Source: a virus (taxonomy: Duplodnaviria > Caudoviricetes). From it: 25,144 bases of DNA. The position numbers and the translations under genes were made by a program. The notes under the pieces were generated by a model that worked only from the letters and a program-made list of their open reading frames with translations, did no database searches and was not told where the DNA came from. Positions 24,636 through 25,144 of this stretch are shown piece by piece (positions within the stretch are counted from its first letter, which is position 1; every line of letters begins with the position of its first letter). The DNA is taken from positions 1-25,144 of IMG/VR virus record IMGVR_UViG_3300047545_000050. The stretch is one strand, 5' to 3'.

Positions 24636-24761
24636 GGGGTGGTAGCTGGGCTTCCCCCGCCCAACCTTCACGGGCTATCACCCCACCTATTACGGGCCAA
24701 AGCGGATGGTGGAAATGCGGGAATGGTTGTTATAGCCTCTGCCCACTGCAGCGAGTAGCCC
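24636..24761 (+). ncRNA. Candidate small structured RNA(s), two hairpin domains
   Basis: 12-bp stem 24636-24647/24673-24684 enclosing GGGC-UUCCCCC-GCCC, then a long irregular hairpin 24694-24761. Confidence 0.6.
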
Positions 24762-24784
24762 ACCTTTACTGTATATCCATACAC

Positions 24785-24827
24785 TAGGGTTTTTCCTAAC
24801 AAAATAAGTTTGACTATTGGTTATACT
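24785..24827 (+). promoter_or_regulatory. Putative activator-dependent promoter: TAGGGTTTTTCCTAA box, 22 nt spacer, -10 TATACT
   Basis: Same architecture as 21866-21908. Confidence 0.6.
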
Positions 24828-24853
24828 GACCATGTTTTAACAAAGGGGGAATT

Positions 24854-24946
24854 ATGAAAGATGTTTTATTGGGTGTAATTGGGGGGCTGATTGCCTTTGG
24901 CATACCAGCTATCGTATATGTTGTATATACAGGGGGTATATCGTGA
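24854..24946 (+). CDS. Small single-pass membrane protein (30 aa)
   Basis: Hand-translated MKDVLLGVIGGLIAFGIPAIVYVVYTGGIS, GGGGGAA RBS. Confidence 0.65.
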   Translation: MKDVLLGVIGGLIAFGIPAIVYVVYTGGIS

Positions 24947-25116
24947 AAGAACAGTTATTAAATAAGCTGGTCATTGCCCATAAGCTTGTGCGTGAAGTTC
25001 AAGATGAGTTGGACTATCACCCAGAAATACTACAAAAGCATATGCAAGTTGACCAGTACATCATGGCACTTATTTACGACATTGAGGATACTAATTCTGA
25101 GGAGTTTGACCTATGA
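24943..25116 (+). CDS. Hypothetical protein (57 aa)
   Basis: GTGA overlap with the upstream stop, GGGGG RBS, MKEQLLNKLVIAHKLVREVQDELDYHPEILQKH... Confidence 0.65.
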   Translation: MKEQLLNKLVIAHKLVREVQDELDYHPEILQKHMQVDQYIMALIYDIEDTNSEEFDL

Positions 25117-25144
25117 GTACCCGTAGCTTTGGTAAAGTAGGCAA
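25113..25144 (+). CDS. Start of next gene (partial)
   Basis: GAGGAG RBS, ATGA overlap, MSTRSFGKVG... Confidence 0.5.
   Translation, partial: MSTRSFGKVG

Overview
The window is a 25 kb piece of a tailed dsDNA phage genome, probably podovirus-like with P22-type head architecture. A betaproteobacterial host is only a weak inference. Most genes are on the minus strand. In transcription order these are: a Cro-like regulator, a long structured non-coding region, small early/middle genes, a stand-alone replication-protein C-terminal domain, a C5 DNA methyltransferase split over two overlapping reading frames, an HNH-AP2 endonuclease, Ref-like and PD-(D/E)XK nucleases, an N4/N6 methyltransferase, a SAM methyltransferase, small basic proteins, a ParB-like-domain protein, TerS, TerL, portal, fibre-like proteins, a GT9-like glycosyltransferase, scaffold, major capsid protein and a decoration protein. 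The plus strand carries a metallophosphoesterase/SprT-like pair and a divergent arm encoding an SSB-like protein and an exonuclease. No CI repressor, integrase, tRNA or CRISPR array is visible. The most unusual signals are non-coding or short motifs. (1) A ~420 nt promoter-driven, tetraloop-rich RNA with a pseudoknot/attenuator 5' domain sits where a replication initiator gene would be expected, next to an AT-rich tract. (2) A small RNA loop is the exact complement of the GGGGGAA ribosome-binding sites of non-structural genes. (3) A sar-like antisense unit covers the HNH start. (4) A TAGGG-N5-CCTAA promoter cassette is duplicated. (5) An R[RK]xx[LI]xxx[LMFY] motif is shared by the scaffold and four proteins encoded upstream of the terminase. 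All family calls come from recognising motifs by eye; no database searches were run.
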